DNA of 64,000 bases from Savitreella phatthalungensis. Its lineage: Eukaryota. The notes below the pieces were generated by a model. The model was not told the origin of the DNA and searched no databases. It saw only the letters and a program-made list of their open reading frames with translations. Position numbers and translations under genes: made by a program. Below are positions 11,729 through 23,506 of this stretch, one piece after another (position 1 is the first letter of the stretch; every line of letters begins with the position of its first letter). The DNA lies in contig AP039700.1 of NCBI GenBank assembly GCA_051599415.1, forward strand, positions 372,001-436,000. The letters run 5' to 3'.

Positions 11729-14185
11729 CTAATGAGAAATGTACTGGAACGCCATCGACACGATCCCTGCGTCCTTTTCCTGACGGAGCAGCTTGTCTTG
11801 GACGGACTCGAGATCAGCGCCGACAAAGTGGTTCCAGGTGGATGTGTCGCCGTACAGCATCGCCGGAGACTTCATGATCTGTGCACCACCGCCTGGAGCA
11901 CAGCGCTTGCACTTGAACTTGTCGTGCGTGTCCGATGGCGTGTGCCCATCGTACTTGAACAGCTCTCGGAGATTGTCGAGTGAGAAATGGCGTTCGACGT
12001 CTTCACCCGAGTCGACCACACAAGTCGACAACGACTGCTTGTGCGACTGACGTTGGAAGATCTTCTCCTCGATCGACCCTGTCGCGATAAACCGGTAGAC
12101 AAAGCAGTCTTTCTTCTGCCCGTCACGCCACACACGCGCCAGAGCCTGCTGATCGGCAGCAGGGTTCCAGTCGGGATCGAACAGGATCAATCGATTGGCA
12201 CCGATCAGGTTCAATCCACAGCCACCAGCCTTTGACGACAGCAGGAATACGAACTCTGGCGCAGACGGATCGTTGAACTTGTCGACGAGCTTCTGACGCT
12301 TGTTGATGTTCATCGTACCGTCGAGTCGGAAGCAGCCGTACCTTCGTTGCCTGCACAGCTTCTCGAACATGTCGAGCGTCTGGGTGTAGTTCGAGATCAG
12401 GACGATCTTGTCGTCCGTCTCTGAGCGGATGCGGAAGAGCATCCGATCAAGAACCTGCATCTTGCCGGAGAAGTGGACTTTCGACTCTCTTTCGCCTCGA
12501 CCGCGTGCATCCTTCGGGATGAAGTCGTCAGGGAAAAAATTCTGGCTGCCGGGGAGATCGCTCGGCAGGTCAAGCAAGTCGGGATGATTACATAGCTTCT
12601 TGAGCATGCCAATTGCCTTGAGCGGCTGCGAGCCGACACCCCTCAAGAGCTTCTGCACGTCCGGCGACTTGCAGAAGTGGTTGTACAGCTTCTCCTGGAA
12701 AGGAGACAGACGGCAGAACACCACGTGCTCATACTTGACTGGCAAGTACTTCGATAGGATGTCGTTTGTGCGGCGGATGTTGAATGGGTTGACAATCGTG
12801 CCTAGCTCTCGGAGCTTCTCCTCGCCCTTCTGCACATCCAGCTCGGTGGCATCTGCATCACGTCCGCGGAGAATGGGAATCTCGTAAGTCTTGCGGAATT
12901 CCGCCCGTGAACCAAGCAGATCTGGATTGGCAAAGTTGATGAGGGAGAAGTACTCGGACAGATCATTCTGGATGGGCGTGCCGGAAAGAATGACACGTCG
13001 CTTGCAATTGAGACCATTGAGGGCTGTGAAGGTCTGACTGTCTGCATTCTTGAGACGATGTCCCTCGTCACAGAGCATCAGGCCAACCTCACAGCCATCG
13101 AGCTCGTGTGCATGCAGTCGAAGCGTCTCGTAGGAAACAATCAGCGCGGGTCGAACAATGGCTCTGCCCTTGGCAAGCTTCCAAGCTTTGATGGCGTTAG
13201 TCATCTCGTCCCCGTGCAATTTGCCATCGAGAGCGAGCGGGGTGATGGCGCCAGCGCCTAGCCACTTCACAAGCTCATTCGCCCAATTGCGGACAAGTGA
13301 CGAGGGACAAACGATGATAGCCTTCTCGATCTCACCCTTGCGAGCGTTGGGGGACTGCTTGAGCAAAGTCCACATGAGGGTGATGCACTGTAAAGTCTTG
13401 CCCAGACCCATCTCGTCCGCCATGATGCCGCCGTACGCCTTTGGATCGAGTCTGCCGGTCGTACATTTGTACAGAAACTTGACACCTTCAATCTGATGAG
13501 GTCGGAGCACCTTTGCGAGTCTCGGATCGATGACCACAGGCACTTTCGGTTTGACCTTTTCGACCGTTTTATTGAGTCCGAGGATCTCTGCAAGAGATTT
13601 GTGGAACTTCTTGCGGTCACGATCGTCTACGCGCTCTTCGCCTGGAGATTCCTCTACTTTTTGGGAGAGATCGATATTGATCTCTGGCGCAGGCTCATCG
13701 TCAATCGTCGGGTCATACAGCACAATCGCAAATTCGCCAGCCGGGTCGTGCAAAGGTCGTGGGACAAAATCCACAGGTCTACGCATGCCGAGCGGCTGAG
13801 GTGGTGGTCTCTCCTCAAAGTCATCCTTCTTCTGGACGGGCAGATTGAATTTGCCATCGATAGCCTCCTTTTTCGCGACAAGGCCGGGAATGTTTATGTT
13901 GCGAGGTGCCAGCGGTTTCAGCCTGTACTTAAGTCGAATGTTCTGCTGACCTTCATCTGTGGCATGTGAAAGGTATGCAGCATTGCGACCTGTTTCTTTG
14001 GGAGCATCATCCAGGCCGGCATAGTCGACCTTGCGACGCTTGCGTAAGGAGGTATCGCGCGGGCGTTGCAGCGCGGCGCCAGGACTCTTGAAAGCAGATT
14101 CCAATTTTGACAAACATGATTCTGGAACCTGAGTACTTTTGGAGACATCTGAACCTCTTTGCGAGGGTGCCAATGTCCTCCTCAT
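11729..14185 (-). CDS. RAD54: DNA repair and recombination SNF2-family ATPase Rad54
   Basis: PRPLHDP..EFAIVLYDPT Rad54-N motif, MADEMGLGKTLQ, CDEGHRLKN, SGTPIQNDL, QALARVWRDGQKK, C-terminal FQYISH. Confidence 0.97.
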   Translation of the reverse strand: MRRTLAPSQRGSDVSKSTQVPESCLSKLESAFKSPGAALQRPRDTSLRKRRKVDYAGLDDAPKETGRNAAYLSHATDEGQQNIRLKYRLKPLAPRNINIPGLVAKKEAIDGKFNLPVQKKDDFEERPPPQPLGMRRPVDFVPRPLHDPAGEFAIVLYDPTIDDEPAPEINIDLSQKVEESPGEERVDDRDRKKFHKSLAEILGLNKTVEKVKPKVPVVIDPRLAKVLRPHQIEGVKFLYKCTTGRLDPKAYGGIMADEMGLGKTLQCITLMWTLLKQSPNARKGEIEKAIIVCPSSLVRNWANELVKWLGAGAITPLALDGKLHGDEMTNAIKAWKLAKGRAIVRPALIVSYETLRLHAHELDGCEVGLMLCDEGHRLKNADSQTFTALNGLNCKRRVILSGTPIQNDLSEYFSLINFANPDLLGSRAEFRKTYEIPILRGRDADATELDVQKGEEKLRELGTIVNPFNIRRTNDILSKYLPVKYEHVVFCRLSPFQEKLYNHFCKSPDVQKLLRGVGSQPLKAIGMLKKLCNHPDLLDLPSDLPGSQNFFPDDFIPKDARGRGERESKVHFSGKMQVLDRMLFRIRSETDDKIVLISNYTQTLDMFEKLCRQRRYGCFRLDGTMNINKRQKLVDKFNDPSAPEFVFLLSSKAGGCGLNLIGANRLILFDPDWNPAADQQALARVWRDGQKKDCFVYRFIATGSIEEKIFQRQSHKQSLSTCVVDSGEDVERHFSLDNLRELFKYDGHTPSDTHDKFKCKRCAPGGGAQIMKSPAMLYGDTSTWNHFVGADLESVQDKLLRQEKDAGIVSMAFQYISH

Positions 14186-14193
14186 GGACTGTG

Positions 14194-14219
14194 ACGCGAT
14201 AATGACACGGTCGACGCGT
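14194..14219. promoter_or_regulatory. MCB-like (MluI cell-cycle box) elements upstream of RAD54
   Basis: ACGCGA at 14194 and ACGCGT at 14214, immediately upstream of the RAD54 ATG (14185). Confidence 0.55.
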
Positions 14220-15634
14220 CTTTAGATCGAAGAGTATTTTTGTTTTCGCCACCGTATACCTTGCACCGTAGTCTCTGTGATTTGATCGGCGCTTTATCTT
14301 GTGCCTCTGTAGAGATCCAATTTAAATGATCAAGCGAATCAATGAAGCGACACGTGCTCTTCGTCGTTGATAGACTAAATTTAAATTACATTTCTGCATA
14401 CATCTAGCTATTACCATGTTCCTCATAGTCACCTCGGATTGATAATGTGAAACTTCCAAATCATGCATTATAGCACTGCGGAACCAAATTTTACTTCGAT
14501 TGAATCTATTGAATTACGACTTCCCCTCTATAACGAAGTGGAATGATGCAAATGAAATGCATACACACACACCTAGAAAACCATGCGACCTGGTAGCTTG
14601 ATCTAGCTGTCACTCCATTGGGAGCAAATACATTGGCCGAGAGATTCTTTCATGAAATTTCAGCGTACGGAGGTCAGTCAGGTCATCTCGGCACCGGAAC
14701 CTGTATAGCTTACCTATGGATGGCTGAATCAATTCCTACAGAAGTTAATTCAACTGATCGATGGATTCAATAATGCCCCCCGCAGCCACACAGATTCCGT
14801 AGCCAGTGGATTTATAATATGTCAGACCGGGTGGGGAAGGCCACCACTCAATTGTCAATACAGCATAGCTTGTTTCCCCCCTTCTTCAATATCAGCATTC
14901 ACAAAAGTCTGAATAAGTTCGGTGTAACACTGTAACACGCGACTGCTTTCACTGAAAGGTAGTCCTGGTATGAACGTCCTGGTATGATCGAATGAGAGCT
15001 AGCGATGCTCAGGTAGAACAGATGGCGACCGTGAATATGATCTTTGTATAGATAGATTTGCATCTTTTGATTGTTGGATAACACCCTGGTCTACTAGGTC
15101 AATCTCATCTAACGAGACCTAGGAGCTTGGTGCTTTGAGGGGAAAACCCTTAACTCTAAACTTGGGAGTGACTGGCCAGGCTTGATCTGACCTCGAAATT
15201 ACCTGTCTGACTGCCCGTCTGATCCGCGCCTGACTGACTTGACTGGTGTACTCAGAACCCTATATCCATCCACAAGTCTGAACGTTCCCAATTGTATTCA
15301 AGGTTTCTGGACAGCACTTTAGCAATGCAGCACCAAATATTCATCATTTGCACGCGTCTTGCGCCTCAACCGTTCACGCTACTTTTCCTGTGTCACTCAC
15401 CGCAAGCTCTTTCTCACTGTAAACCTTTTCTCCAACGCGGTAAGGGAACACTGGTGAAGAGATCCTCATCTCTGAAGACCCTGAATAAGCATTCATATTC
15501 CAGCTGAGCTTAGACATCTCACAAAGCTGATCGCGTACAAGACCGCGGCCGCATCCCCGATTCTCAGCTCGCATTTTCTCCAGGCTCTGCTTATGCTGCT
15601 GGTAGCTTAGCCGGTCCAGCAGTCTCCACGCACG

Positions 15635-16939
15635 ATGGCGACGCGAAATGGCACAGCGTATCTTGACGGCGTGCGCGGTCTAATGGCCTTGTGCGTCTAC
15701 CTGGCTCACCACATGGTGCTCTATTACGATGCGCTCGATCACGCCAAGGGCAAGGTCATTCTCGGCTGGGGCTACAATGGCGAGTATAGGCTTGTCAACT
15801 TTCCTTTCCTGCGAATCCTGTTCAGTGGCGGTGGTGCGGCAGTCAGCGTCTTCTTCGTCCTATCCGGATACGTCCTGAGCAAATCGGCCCTGCGGAGAAT
15901 GCGCGAAGGCAGAACGTCTGACATGCACGAATACTTGGCCTCCTCCACCTTTCGCCGCGTCATCAGACTCTACGTGCCACCTGCAATCGTCTCGTTCATC
16001 TATGCACTGGTGTTGCACCTTCCATTCGGCATTGCATCCAACGTGACTTGGCCGTTGCCACAGACGAATGTATTGCAGGAGATTCGGTCATGGTTCAATG
16101 AGTTCCTCAGCATCACTTACCCACTCCAGACAAACGCCGTCTACAACGCCTGGTTTCCCTACAATCCGCCCATCTGGACAATCCAATCAGAGTTTCGAGG
16201 CTCGATCGTGGTTTACACCACCCTGCTCGGCTTGAGTCACGCTACACCGCGATGGCGACATATTCTGCTTGCCGCCATCGGTCTCTACTGCCTGCTGCAG
16301 TACGAATGGCAGATCTTTTGTTTCTATGGCGGCATCCTACTCGCAGCTGTCGATGTCTACCGTCTGGATATACCTTTTTTGACTCGCCGGTCTGGCATCA
16401 TCCGTGGCCTCTTGGTCCATGCCATCTTCTTCTTCGGCTGGTATTTGTTATGCGAGCCCGCAGGGGTTCGGCATGGACATGAAATGTCGGTCAATACGCC
16501 CGGCTGGCGTATACTGACAGAGGCGATGCCGATGCGATACTTCTTGGACGAGTACTGGCGATGGTGGAATTCCTGGGGCGCGATCATGGCAGTCTACGGC
16601 ATCATGCGAATCACCTGGCTCCAACGGTTCTTCAACACCCGCAAGATGCAGTACCTAGGTCACGTGAGCTATATGTTCTACCTCACCCACATGCCACTGC
16701 TCTTCCTCGTCGGCGAACGACTGAAGCGCATGGTCGGCTGTCACGACGGTACACCCTCATGGTGGAACGACAGGCTCGTCGTCCCGGACATTGGACCGAT
16801 TGGTTTCTCGACTCGCTGGTTGGCGATGCAGACAATGATGCTGCTCATCAACCTCCTCGTCGCAGATTATACGACTGATTGGCTGGACAAGCGTAGTATA
16901 GCTTGGGGTCACGCCGCTTGGAATCGTCTCAAGTCATAA
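15635..16939 (+). CDS. Membrane O-acyltransferase, Acyl_transf_3 family
   Basis: AYLDGVRG..A..V...H, AVSVFFVLSGYVL, RRVIRLY, IWTIQSEFRGS, YLGHVSYMFYLTH; multiple hydrophobic segments. Confidence 0.88.
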   Translation: MATRNGTAYLDGVRGLMALCVYLAHHMVLYYDALDHAKGKVILGWGYNGEYRLVNFPFLRILFSGGGAAVSVFFVLSGYVLSKSALRRMREGRTSDMHEYLASSTFRRVIRLYVPPAIVSFIYALVLHLPFGIASNVTWPLPQTNVLQEIRSWFNEFLSITYPLQTNAVYNAWFPYNPPIWTIQSEFRGSIVVYTTLLGLSHATPRWRHILLAAIGLYCLLQYEWQIFCFYGGILLAAVDVYRLDIPFLTRRSGIIRGLLVHAIFFFGWYLLCEPAGVRHGHEMSVNTPGWRILTEAMPMRYFLDEYWRWWNSWGAIMAVYGIMRITWLQRFFNTRKMQYLGHVSYMFYLTHMPLLFLVGERLKRMVGCHDGTPSWWNDRLVVPDIGPIGFSTRWLAMQTMMLLINLLVADYTTDWLDKRSIAWGHAAWNRLKS

Positions 16940-17231
16940 AATGACGTACGGGAGAGACCTAGTGAACAATCTGATGAACATCATCGTGCATTTACGTTGT
17001 TGCCCTTGCCCGAGATGTTTGACCTTTACGTTGCATACATACGGATCAATAGACAAGCTCCTATGTGGGTCATACAAGTACGTACACCATGCATGCAGCT
17101 CTGCATCTTTTTGTCTGTGGACACGTGACAATTCGTGAAGATACACACCATGCATGGAGGTGAGAGGGAACAGGAATTCAATCAACGTTTGTGGGACATG
17201 GCTGCATCTGTGTGGTGGTTCGTGGAGGCGA

Positions 17232-17244
17232 TTCGAGAAGTTTC
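17232..17244. promoter_or_regulatory. Heat-shock element in the HSP90 promoter
   Basis: Perfect TTCgaGAAgtTTC about 510 bp upstream of the ATG; a second near-HSE GAAagTTCcaGAc starts at 17589. Confidence 0.65.
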
Positions 17245-17753
17245 CGAAGATGGAAAATCCAATTCAATCTAATCCAAGTCAAAGCTTTGTTTCCATCGAC
17301 TCCACCAAAATAATTTGTCAAAACTTTTTTTTCTTTACTCTTTTTTGGGTGGTTTCCATTTCTGGGTTTGGAGGCATAAGTCATCAAGGACAAAGTGTCT
17401 CTGAATCAATCAATTCCACAGAGCCCAGCACACACACACACTCTCTCACTCAGGCAGACACGCCGTAGGCACACGCATACACTCTGACACACCCACGTCC
17501 GTACCCAGTACGGACCTACCTTCCTACGTACTCACTCACTCTCTCATTCTCCGACAGGTCTAGCAGCTCCCCATCTGCCTGTGTACGCGAAAGTTCCAGA
17601 CGCACACAGACACACACGCACACCCTGTTACCCACACCTGGGAGAGTCTAGCTCAGTCAGGACATACACCCACAGTCTGGGTATAAGTTCTACACATCAC
17701 CCATTTCTCAACACCGTATATCTCCATCCCTGCCTAATAAACCACATTCAACC

Positions 17754-19850
17754 ATGTCGGCACAGGCAGAGACATTCGAGTTCCAGGCTGAGATCAGCCA
17801 GTTGATGAGCTTGATCATCAACACGGTCTACAGCAACAAGGAAATCTTCCTTCGTGAACTCATCTCCAACGCCTCCGATGCACTCGACAAGATCCGCTAC
17901 GAGGCTCTGTCAGACAAGGCAAAGCTTGACTCTGAGCCAGAACTCTATGTCAAGATCGTCCCAGACAGGGAGAATGGTGTGCTTTCGATCATCGACACAG
18001 GTATTGGTATGACCAAGGCAGATCTGGTCAACAACCTTGGTACCATCGCAAAGTCTGGCACAAAATCCTTCATGGAGATGATTTCTTCAGGCGCAGATAT
18101 TTCCATGATTGGACAGTTCGGTGTCGGATTCTACTCTGCATACCTCGTCGCAGACAAGGTCCAGGTCATCACCAAGCACAACGATGATGAGCAATACATC
18201 TGGGAGTCTTCAGCTGGTGGTTCCTTCACAATTACCGAGGACACCATTAACCACAAGCTCACCCGTGGTACTGAGATTCGCCTCTTCATGAAGGAGGACC
18301 AGAAGGAGTACCTCGAGGAGAAGCGCATCAAGGAGGTCGTCAAGAAGCACTCCGAGTTCATCGGCTACCCAATCAAGCTCCTTGTCACAAAGGAGACTGA
18401 GCGCGAGGTCCCTGATGAGGACGAGGAGAAGGCTGACGAGTCTGGCGACCAGAAGGCTAAGATCGAGGAGGTCGACGAGGAGGATGCAGCGAAGGAGAAG
18501 AAGACCAAGAAGATCAAGGAGACAAAGCAGGAGACAGAGGAGCTCAACAAGACAAAGCCTCTGTGGACGCGTAACCCGCAGGACATCAAGGAGGACGAGT
18601 ACGGCGCATTCTACAAGTCGCTCAGCAACGACTGGGAGGACCACCTTGCAGTCAAGCACTTCTCCGTCGAGGGTCAGCTTGAGTTCAAGGCACTCCTGTT
18701 CGTGCCGAAGCGTGCACCGTTTGACCTGTTCGAGTCCAAGAAGAAGAAGAACAACATCAAGTTGTACGTTCGCCGTGTCTTCATCACCGACGATGCCGAT
18801 GAGCTCATCCCAGAGTGGCTCGGCTTCGTCAAGGGTATTGTCGACTCTGAGGACCTGCCGCTCAACATGTCGCGTGAGATGCTCCAGCAGAACAAGATCA
18901 TGAAGGTCATCCGCAAGAACATCGTCAAGAAGTGCCTGGAGATGTTCAGCGAGATTGCAGAGAACAAGGAGAACTTCGCCAAGTTCTACGAGGCTTTCGG
19001 CAAGAACATCAAGCTCGGCATTCACGAGGACTCACAGAACCGTCAGAAGCTCGCCGAGCTCCTGCGCTACAACTCCACTCACAGTGGCGACGAACTCACC
19101 TCGCTCAAGGACTACGTTACTCGCATGAAGGAGCCGCAGAACACGATCTACTTCATCACCGGCGAGTCGTTGCCAGTCGTCAAGGCATCGCCCTTCCTTG
19201 AGGTCTTCAAGAAGAAGGGCTTCGAGGTCCTGTTCCTCGTCGACCCGATCGACGAATACGCAGTGACCCAGCTCAAGGAGTTCGAGGGCAAGAAGCTCGC
19301 CAACATCACCAAGGAGGGCCTTGAGATCGAGCAGACCGAGGAGGAGAAGACAAAGGCTGAGGAGGAGAAGAAGAAGTACGAGGAGCTTTGCAAGCTGTTC
19401 AAGGAGACCCTCGGCGACAAGGTCGAGAAGGTCGTCACCTCGTCCCTGCTCAACACATCTCCTTGCGTCCTCACTACCGGACAATTCGGATGGTCTGCCA
19501 ACATGGAGCGTATCATGAAGTCGCAGGCACTGCGTGACAACTCTATGTCCTCCTACATGGCCTCGAAGAAGACCCTCGAGATCAACCCAGACCACCCGAT
19601 CATCAAGGAGCTACTCAAGCGTTCTTCCGACAAGGAGGACAAGGCCACAAAGGACCTGATGACCCTTCTGTACGAGACCTCCCTTCTCACCTCTGGCTTC
19701 TCACTCGACGAGCCATCCTCGTTCGCAAACCGCATCGTGCGCATGATCTCGCTTGGTCTGTCTGTCGACGAGGTCGAGGAGGACACGCCTATCGAGGACG
19801 CCCCTGAGGCTGCTGCCGAGGAGGCTTCCGAGATGGAGACGGTTGACTAG
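17754..19850 (+). CDS. HSP90: Cytosolic Hsp90 chaperone
   Basis: [44 protein letters not shown], charged linker, C-terminal METVD; strong codon bias. Confidence 0.99.
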   Translation: MSAQAETFEFQAEISQLMSLIINTVYSNKEIFLRELISNASDALDKIRYEALSDKAKLDSEPELYVKIVPDRENGVLSIIDTGIGMTKADLVNNLGTIAKSGTKSFMEMISSGADISMIGQFGVGFYSAYLVADKVQVITKHNDDEQYIWESSAGGSFTITEDTINHKLTRGTEIRLFMKEDQKEYLEEKRIKEVVKKHSEFIGYPIKLLVTKETEREVPDEDEEKADESGDQKAKIEEVDEEDAAKEKKTKKIKETKQETEELNKTKPLWTRNPQDIKEDEYGAFYKSLSNDWEDHLAVKHFSVEGQLEFKALLFVPKRAPFDLFESKKKKNNIKLYVRRVFITDDADELIPEWLGFVKGIVDSEDLPLNMSREMLQQNKIMKVIRKNIVKKCLEMFSEIAENKENFAKFYEAFGKNIKLGIHEDSQNRQKLAELLRYNSTHSGDELTSLKDYVTRMKEPQNTIYFITGESLPVVKASPFLEVFKKKGFEVLFLVDPIDEYAVTQLKEFEGKKLANITKEGLEIEQTEEEKTKAEEEKKKYEELCKLFKETLGDKVEKVVTSSLLNTSPCVLTTGQFGWSANMERIMKSQALRDNSMSSYMASKKTLEINPDHPIIKELLKRSSDKEDKATKDLMTLLYETSLLTSGFSLDEPSSFANRIVRMISLGLSVDEVEEDTPIEDAPEAAAEEASEMETVD

Positions 19851-20008
19851 TTTAGTTTTCTTAGAGAGAGAATGATTCATGACCGCTAGTTACAATTAAC
19901 CTGTGCGTGTAGTCAACCTTGCTGTGCACGTGATCAAGTCGAATGATGACTGCACATATATGATCAATTCACAACACTGCTACGTCTGTCTGTATTTATT
20001 ATTTTGAG

Positions 20009-20023
20009 ACGCGTCTATACGCG
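20009..20023. promoter_or_regulatory. MCB-like elements upstream of SMC6
   Basis: ACGCGT at 20009 and ACGCG at 20019, 40-50 bp before the SMC6 ATG. Confidence 0.55.
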
Positions 20024-20059
20024 CACTGTACACCTATAGACATGAGATCCACAGACTAG

Positions 20060-23000
20060 ATGTCGCGGAAGAGGAAGAGCAACGAGCTCGAGCTAGATCT
20101 CGATGTCGATACTCAGGCGCCGTCATCGGCACCTCGATATGCAGAAGCTGGTGTGGTCGAGAGCGTCACACTTGTCGACTTTATGTGTCACGATCACCTG
20201 CACATCGACCTCTGTCCCAACATGAACTTCATCATCGGTCACAATGGCAGTGGTAAGAGCGCCATTCTCACAGCACTGACGACGTGTCTCGGTGGAAAGG
20301 CAACAAACAGTGGTAGAGGCAATAGCGTCAAAGAGCTTGTCAAGCACGGGCGACAGCAGGCGATAGTGACTGTCAGGCTAAGGAACCGTGGAGAAGACGC
20401 GTACAGACCGGAAGACTTTGGAGACACAATTATTGTCGAACGTCGCATCAACGCAGACGGCGGTGGCAGCTACCTTGTTCGGGGCAAAGATCGTACCGTC
20501 CACGGACGGAAGCGTGAAGACTTGGATGCTATAACAGACCACTTCGGTCTAGCCATCGACAATCCAATGAACGTCCTCACGCAAGACGTCGCACGACAGT
20601 TCCTGGCCAATGCGACACCGCGCGTCCTCTACGACCTCTTCATGAAAGGCGTTGAGCTGCAGCAGCTCGAGGCAGACCACACGTTGCTCGATGAACAGAT
20701 CAACACCACCAAGGCTGTGCTTGAGGCTCGATCGAAGTCTCTGGGTGGATTAGTGGCAGAGGAGCAGGAAGCCTCTCGCGCATTTGACGCGACAGAGCGG
20801 GCACGCAAAGCTGAAGATGAGCTGGACAAATTGAGAGAACATATGGCATGGGCCCACGTTGCCGCGGTCGAGGAAGAGCGGGACGCTGCCAAGGTGCGAC
20901 TCGAACGATTCGACAACAAGCTTCTCAAGATTCGTGAGCTTAAGGAGACCGCTTCAGCTCGGCTAGCCACAATCAACGACGAACGAAACTCGATCGTCGA
21001 GCGTCAACGTAATCTCGAAGTGTCCGAACAAGGACCTATCAACGAAAAGCTTCGCAGCCTACGCGACGAGAGTGCAAACGTCAAGGCTGAGCATCAACAA
21101 TTCCTCGCAGAGCAACGAGACTGTCATGCTAGCATGAAGCGAGCTCAAACAGATACAGCTAAACTCGAAAAAGACATTGGGCTCGAGGAGAAGAAACTAG
21201 AGGATAATGTTGAAGGTCGACGGCTGGCAGAGTTGCGCAGACAGCGCGGAGACCTCGAGGGTGATCTCGGACGCATGCGAGAGGAGCTTGAAGGCATCGA
21301 GGCTCAGCTTCAGACAGTCTCGAGCGATCGTAGCCGGTTGTCGGATGAGCGCGACACCTCCTCCGCCACCATCGAAATCCTGAAGAAAGATCTCGACAGA
21401 GAGCATGAACGGCTGAACGCGCTTCGCAGAGTCGCTGCTGACTCCACAGCAGCGTACAACAAGAACATGGTTCGCCTTCTTCGCGAAATCGAACGTGAAC
21501 ACCGATGGCAGCGCAAGCCGATTGGCCCCATCGGCACCACGATGAAGCTCTTGCATCAGGAATGGTCTGATATTGTCGAGACTTTCTTCGGCCGCAAGCT
21601 CAACGCGTTCGTCGTCACGAACTACAACGACAAGCGTCTCTTGCTCAGCCTCATGCAGCGCCTGGAAATCGATAACTGTCCTGTTGTGCAGGGAGACGAG
21701 CGCGGCTTCGATCGGGGAATTGCAGAACCCGAGGCACAGTACTTGACCATCCTCCGAGCGATCGAGTGGTCGGACGAGCTTGTCAAGCGTCAGCTCATCA
21801 TCGGTCACAGACCCGAGAATCAACTGCTCATCCGCGATCGTCGTGAGGCTGATTTGACGATGAATTGCGACAATCCGCCGGCTAACGCGGCATGCGCCTT
21901 CGCCCTCGATGCCAATAATCCCAGATTGGGCTGGAGACTTGGTGGCGGCGTTCGCGGATCGTCCATGAGCATCCCTGTCCAGGAGTATCGATTTCCCAAA
22001 CGGCTCACCCAATCTGGTAAGACGGAGATGCGTGATGCTGAAGAGGCGATTCAAGCAGCACAGCGTAAGCTCGAGTCAGAGAAGAATGTGCGCAACCTTC
22101 AGTCACAACGCCTCAAAGAGCTCGATGAGACGTATAAGCAGCTCGACAGACGTCAGAACGACATCCTGCGTGACATTGCTACCCTCCAGAGAAAACTCGA
22201 TGCTGTCAAGGCCGACATCGAGAGCGGTGGAGCGGTCGATGATAGCAGATTGCGAGCCCTGCAAGACAATTTGGCAAAGCACCGTGACACTCAGCGTGTT
22301 CTCGAAGAGCAATACCGTGGTTTCGAGGAGGAAGCAGCCCGGATCCAAGCCAGAGTTCACGCAGCGGGGGCTAAGATTGTCGAAGCTGAGAAGGAGCTCG
22401 GAGTGCTGCGTGCAAAAGCAAACTCCCTCGGACCTAGAGTCCACGAACTTGTCCTGGAAGAGCAGCAGCTCCAATCGGATGGCAATCATTACGAGCGGCA
22501 AATCACCGACTACAGCGACAGACGCGAAAGACAGGCTCGAGAGCTTGACGAACGCCAAGCCTTGGTAAACTCACACACAGATGTGGCTTCGCAGATATGC
22601 GCTACTCGACCTGATGTACAAGACACGGTGCGTGTGCTTGAGCGCAAAATCGATGATCGGCAGAGGGCTATCGAGAAACTTCAGCGCAGTCTCGGCAACA
22701 CGTCTGTCGACGATGTGACTCGTCGTCTCGAGCTCGCCCGTGACAATCTCAAGCAAGCAAGGGCAGATATCGATGAGCTCGAGTCTCTTGCAAAGGAGTT
22801 GTCGGCTGCCTTGGAAGACCGGGTGGCGAAACGGAAGCACTTCCGACAGCTCATCTGCTCACGCACCAAGGATAACTTCGAGCGGCACATGTATTCGCGC
22901 AATTTCTCAGGCAAGCTGTCATTCCATCACAAGCAGCGCGAGCTAGACATGACTGTCGTGCCCGCCGGTGGCTTCAAAGAGGTCAAGCGAAGCAAGTCCA

Positions 23001-23320
23001 GCACCAATGGCGCTCCCGCTGTCTCGCGCGACAACAAGGGTCTCTCTGGTGGAGAAAAGTCCTTCACGACGATTTGCCTACTGCTCAGCATCTGGGAAGC
23101 TATGGGCTGCCCCATCCGGGCACTCGATGAGTTTGACGTCTTCATGGACAGTGTCAATCGTGGCATATCAATGTCGATGATGATCGCTTCCGCGAATGCC
23201 GCCGTCGAGCGCCAGTTCATCCTCATCACACCACAAGACATGGGCGGCGTCAAGCCTACCGCAACGACAAAAATTCTCCGCCTGGAAGACCCTGTTCGAG
23301 GAGTAACTCAGGCAGCCTAG
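20060..23320 (+). CDS. SMC6: Structural maintenance of chromosomes protein 6
   Basis: FMCH, GHNGSGKSAIL Walker A, coiled coils, hinge PIGPIG, LSGGEKS, WEAMGCPIRALDEFDVFMD, QFILITPQDM. Confidence 0.95.
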   Translation: MSRKRKSNELELDLDVDTQAPSSAPRYAEAGVVESVTLVDFMCHDHLHIDLCPNMNFIIGHNGSGKSAILTALTTCLGGKATNSGRGNSVKELVKHGRQQAIVTVRLRNRGEDAYRPEDFGDTIIVERRINADGGGSYLVRGKDRTVHGRKREDLDAITDHFGLAIDNPMNVLTQDVARQFLANATPRVLYDLFMKGVELQQLEADHTLLDEQINTTKAVLEARSKSLGGLVAEEQEASRAFDATERARKAEDELDKLREHMAWAHVAAVEEERDAAKVRLERFDNKLLKIRELKETASARLATINDERNSIVERQRNLEVSEQGPINEKLRSLRDESANVKAEHQQFLAEQRDCHASMKRAQTDTAKLEKDIGLEEKKLEDNVEGRRLAELRRQRGDLEGDLGRMREELEGIEAQLQTVSSDRSRLSDERDTSSATIEILKKDLDREHERLNALRRVAADSTAAYNKNMVRLLREIEREHRWQRKPIGPIGTTMKLLHQEWSDIVETFFGRKLNAFVVTNYNDKRLLLSLMQRLEIDNCPVVQGDERGFDRGIAEPEAQYLTILRAIEWSDELVKRQLIIGHRPENQLLIRDRREADLTMNCDNPPANAACAFALDANNPRLGWRLGGGVRGSSMSIPVQEYRFPKRLTQSGKTEMRDAEEAIQAAQRKLESEKNVRNLQSQRLKELDETYKQLDRRQNDILRDIATLQRKLDAVKADIESGGAVDDSRLRALQDNLAKHRDTQRVLEEQYRGFEEEAARIQARVHAAGAKIVEAEKELGVLRAKANSLGPRVHELVLEEQQLQSDGNHYERQITDYSDRRERQARELDERQALVNSHTDVASQICATRPDVQDTVRVLERKIDDRQRAIEKLQRSLGNTSVDDVTRRLELARDNLKQARADIDELESLAKELSAALEDRVAKRKHFRQLICSRTKDNFERHMYSRNFSGKLSFHHKQRELDMTVVPAGGFKEVKRSKSSTNGAPAVSRDNKGLSGGEKSFTTICLLLSIWEAMGCPIRALDEFDVFMDSVNRGISMSMMIASANAAVERQFILITPQDMGGVKPTATTKILRLEDPVRGVTQAA

Positions 23321-23506
23321 ATCCCTTGCTAATCCTCGTTCTCAAGTGCTCGAGATCCTTATAGCCAATGCAGAAAAACCCGCAATGAATTTCATGTTAC
23401 GGTATGTGATCAATCGAAATCAGCTGCCATATCGACACAAAGAAAAATAGTCACGCACGGAAGTAAGAAGTCAAGACACACAGACAGTGTCGACCGCTTT
23501 CCCGTC

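Noticed and set aside
17429..17630. CA/CT-rich short repeats in the HSP90 promoter
   Set aside because: Ordinary low-complexity promoter sequence without unit-spacer structure
18210..19595. Long antisense ORFs (271 and 187 aa) opposite HSP90; similar ones opposite GH1, SMC6, POX1, the opsin and the AKR gene
   Set aside because: Shadow ORFs produced by codon bias of the real gene; no recognisable motifs
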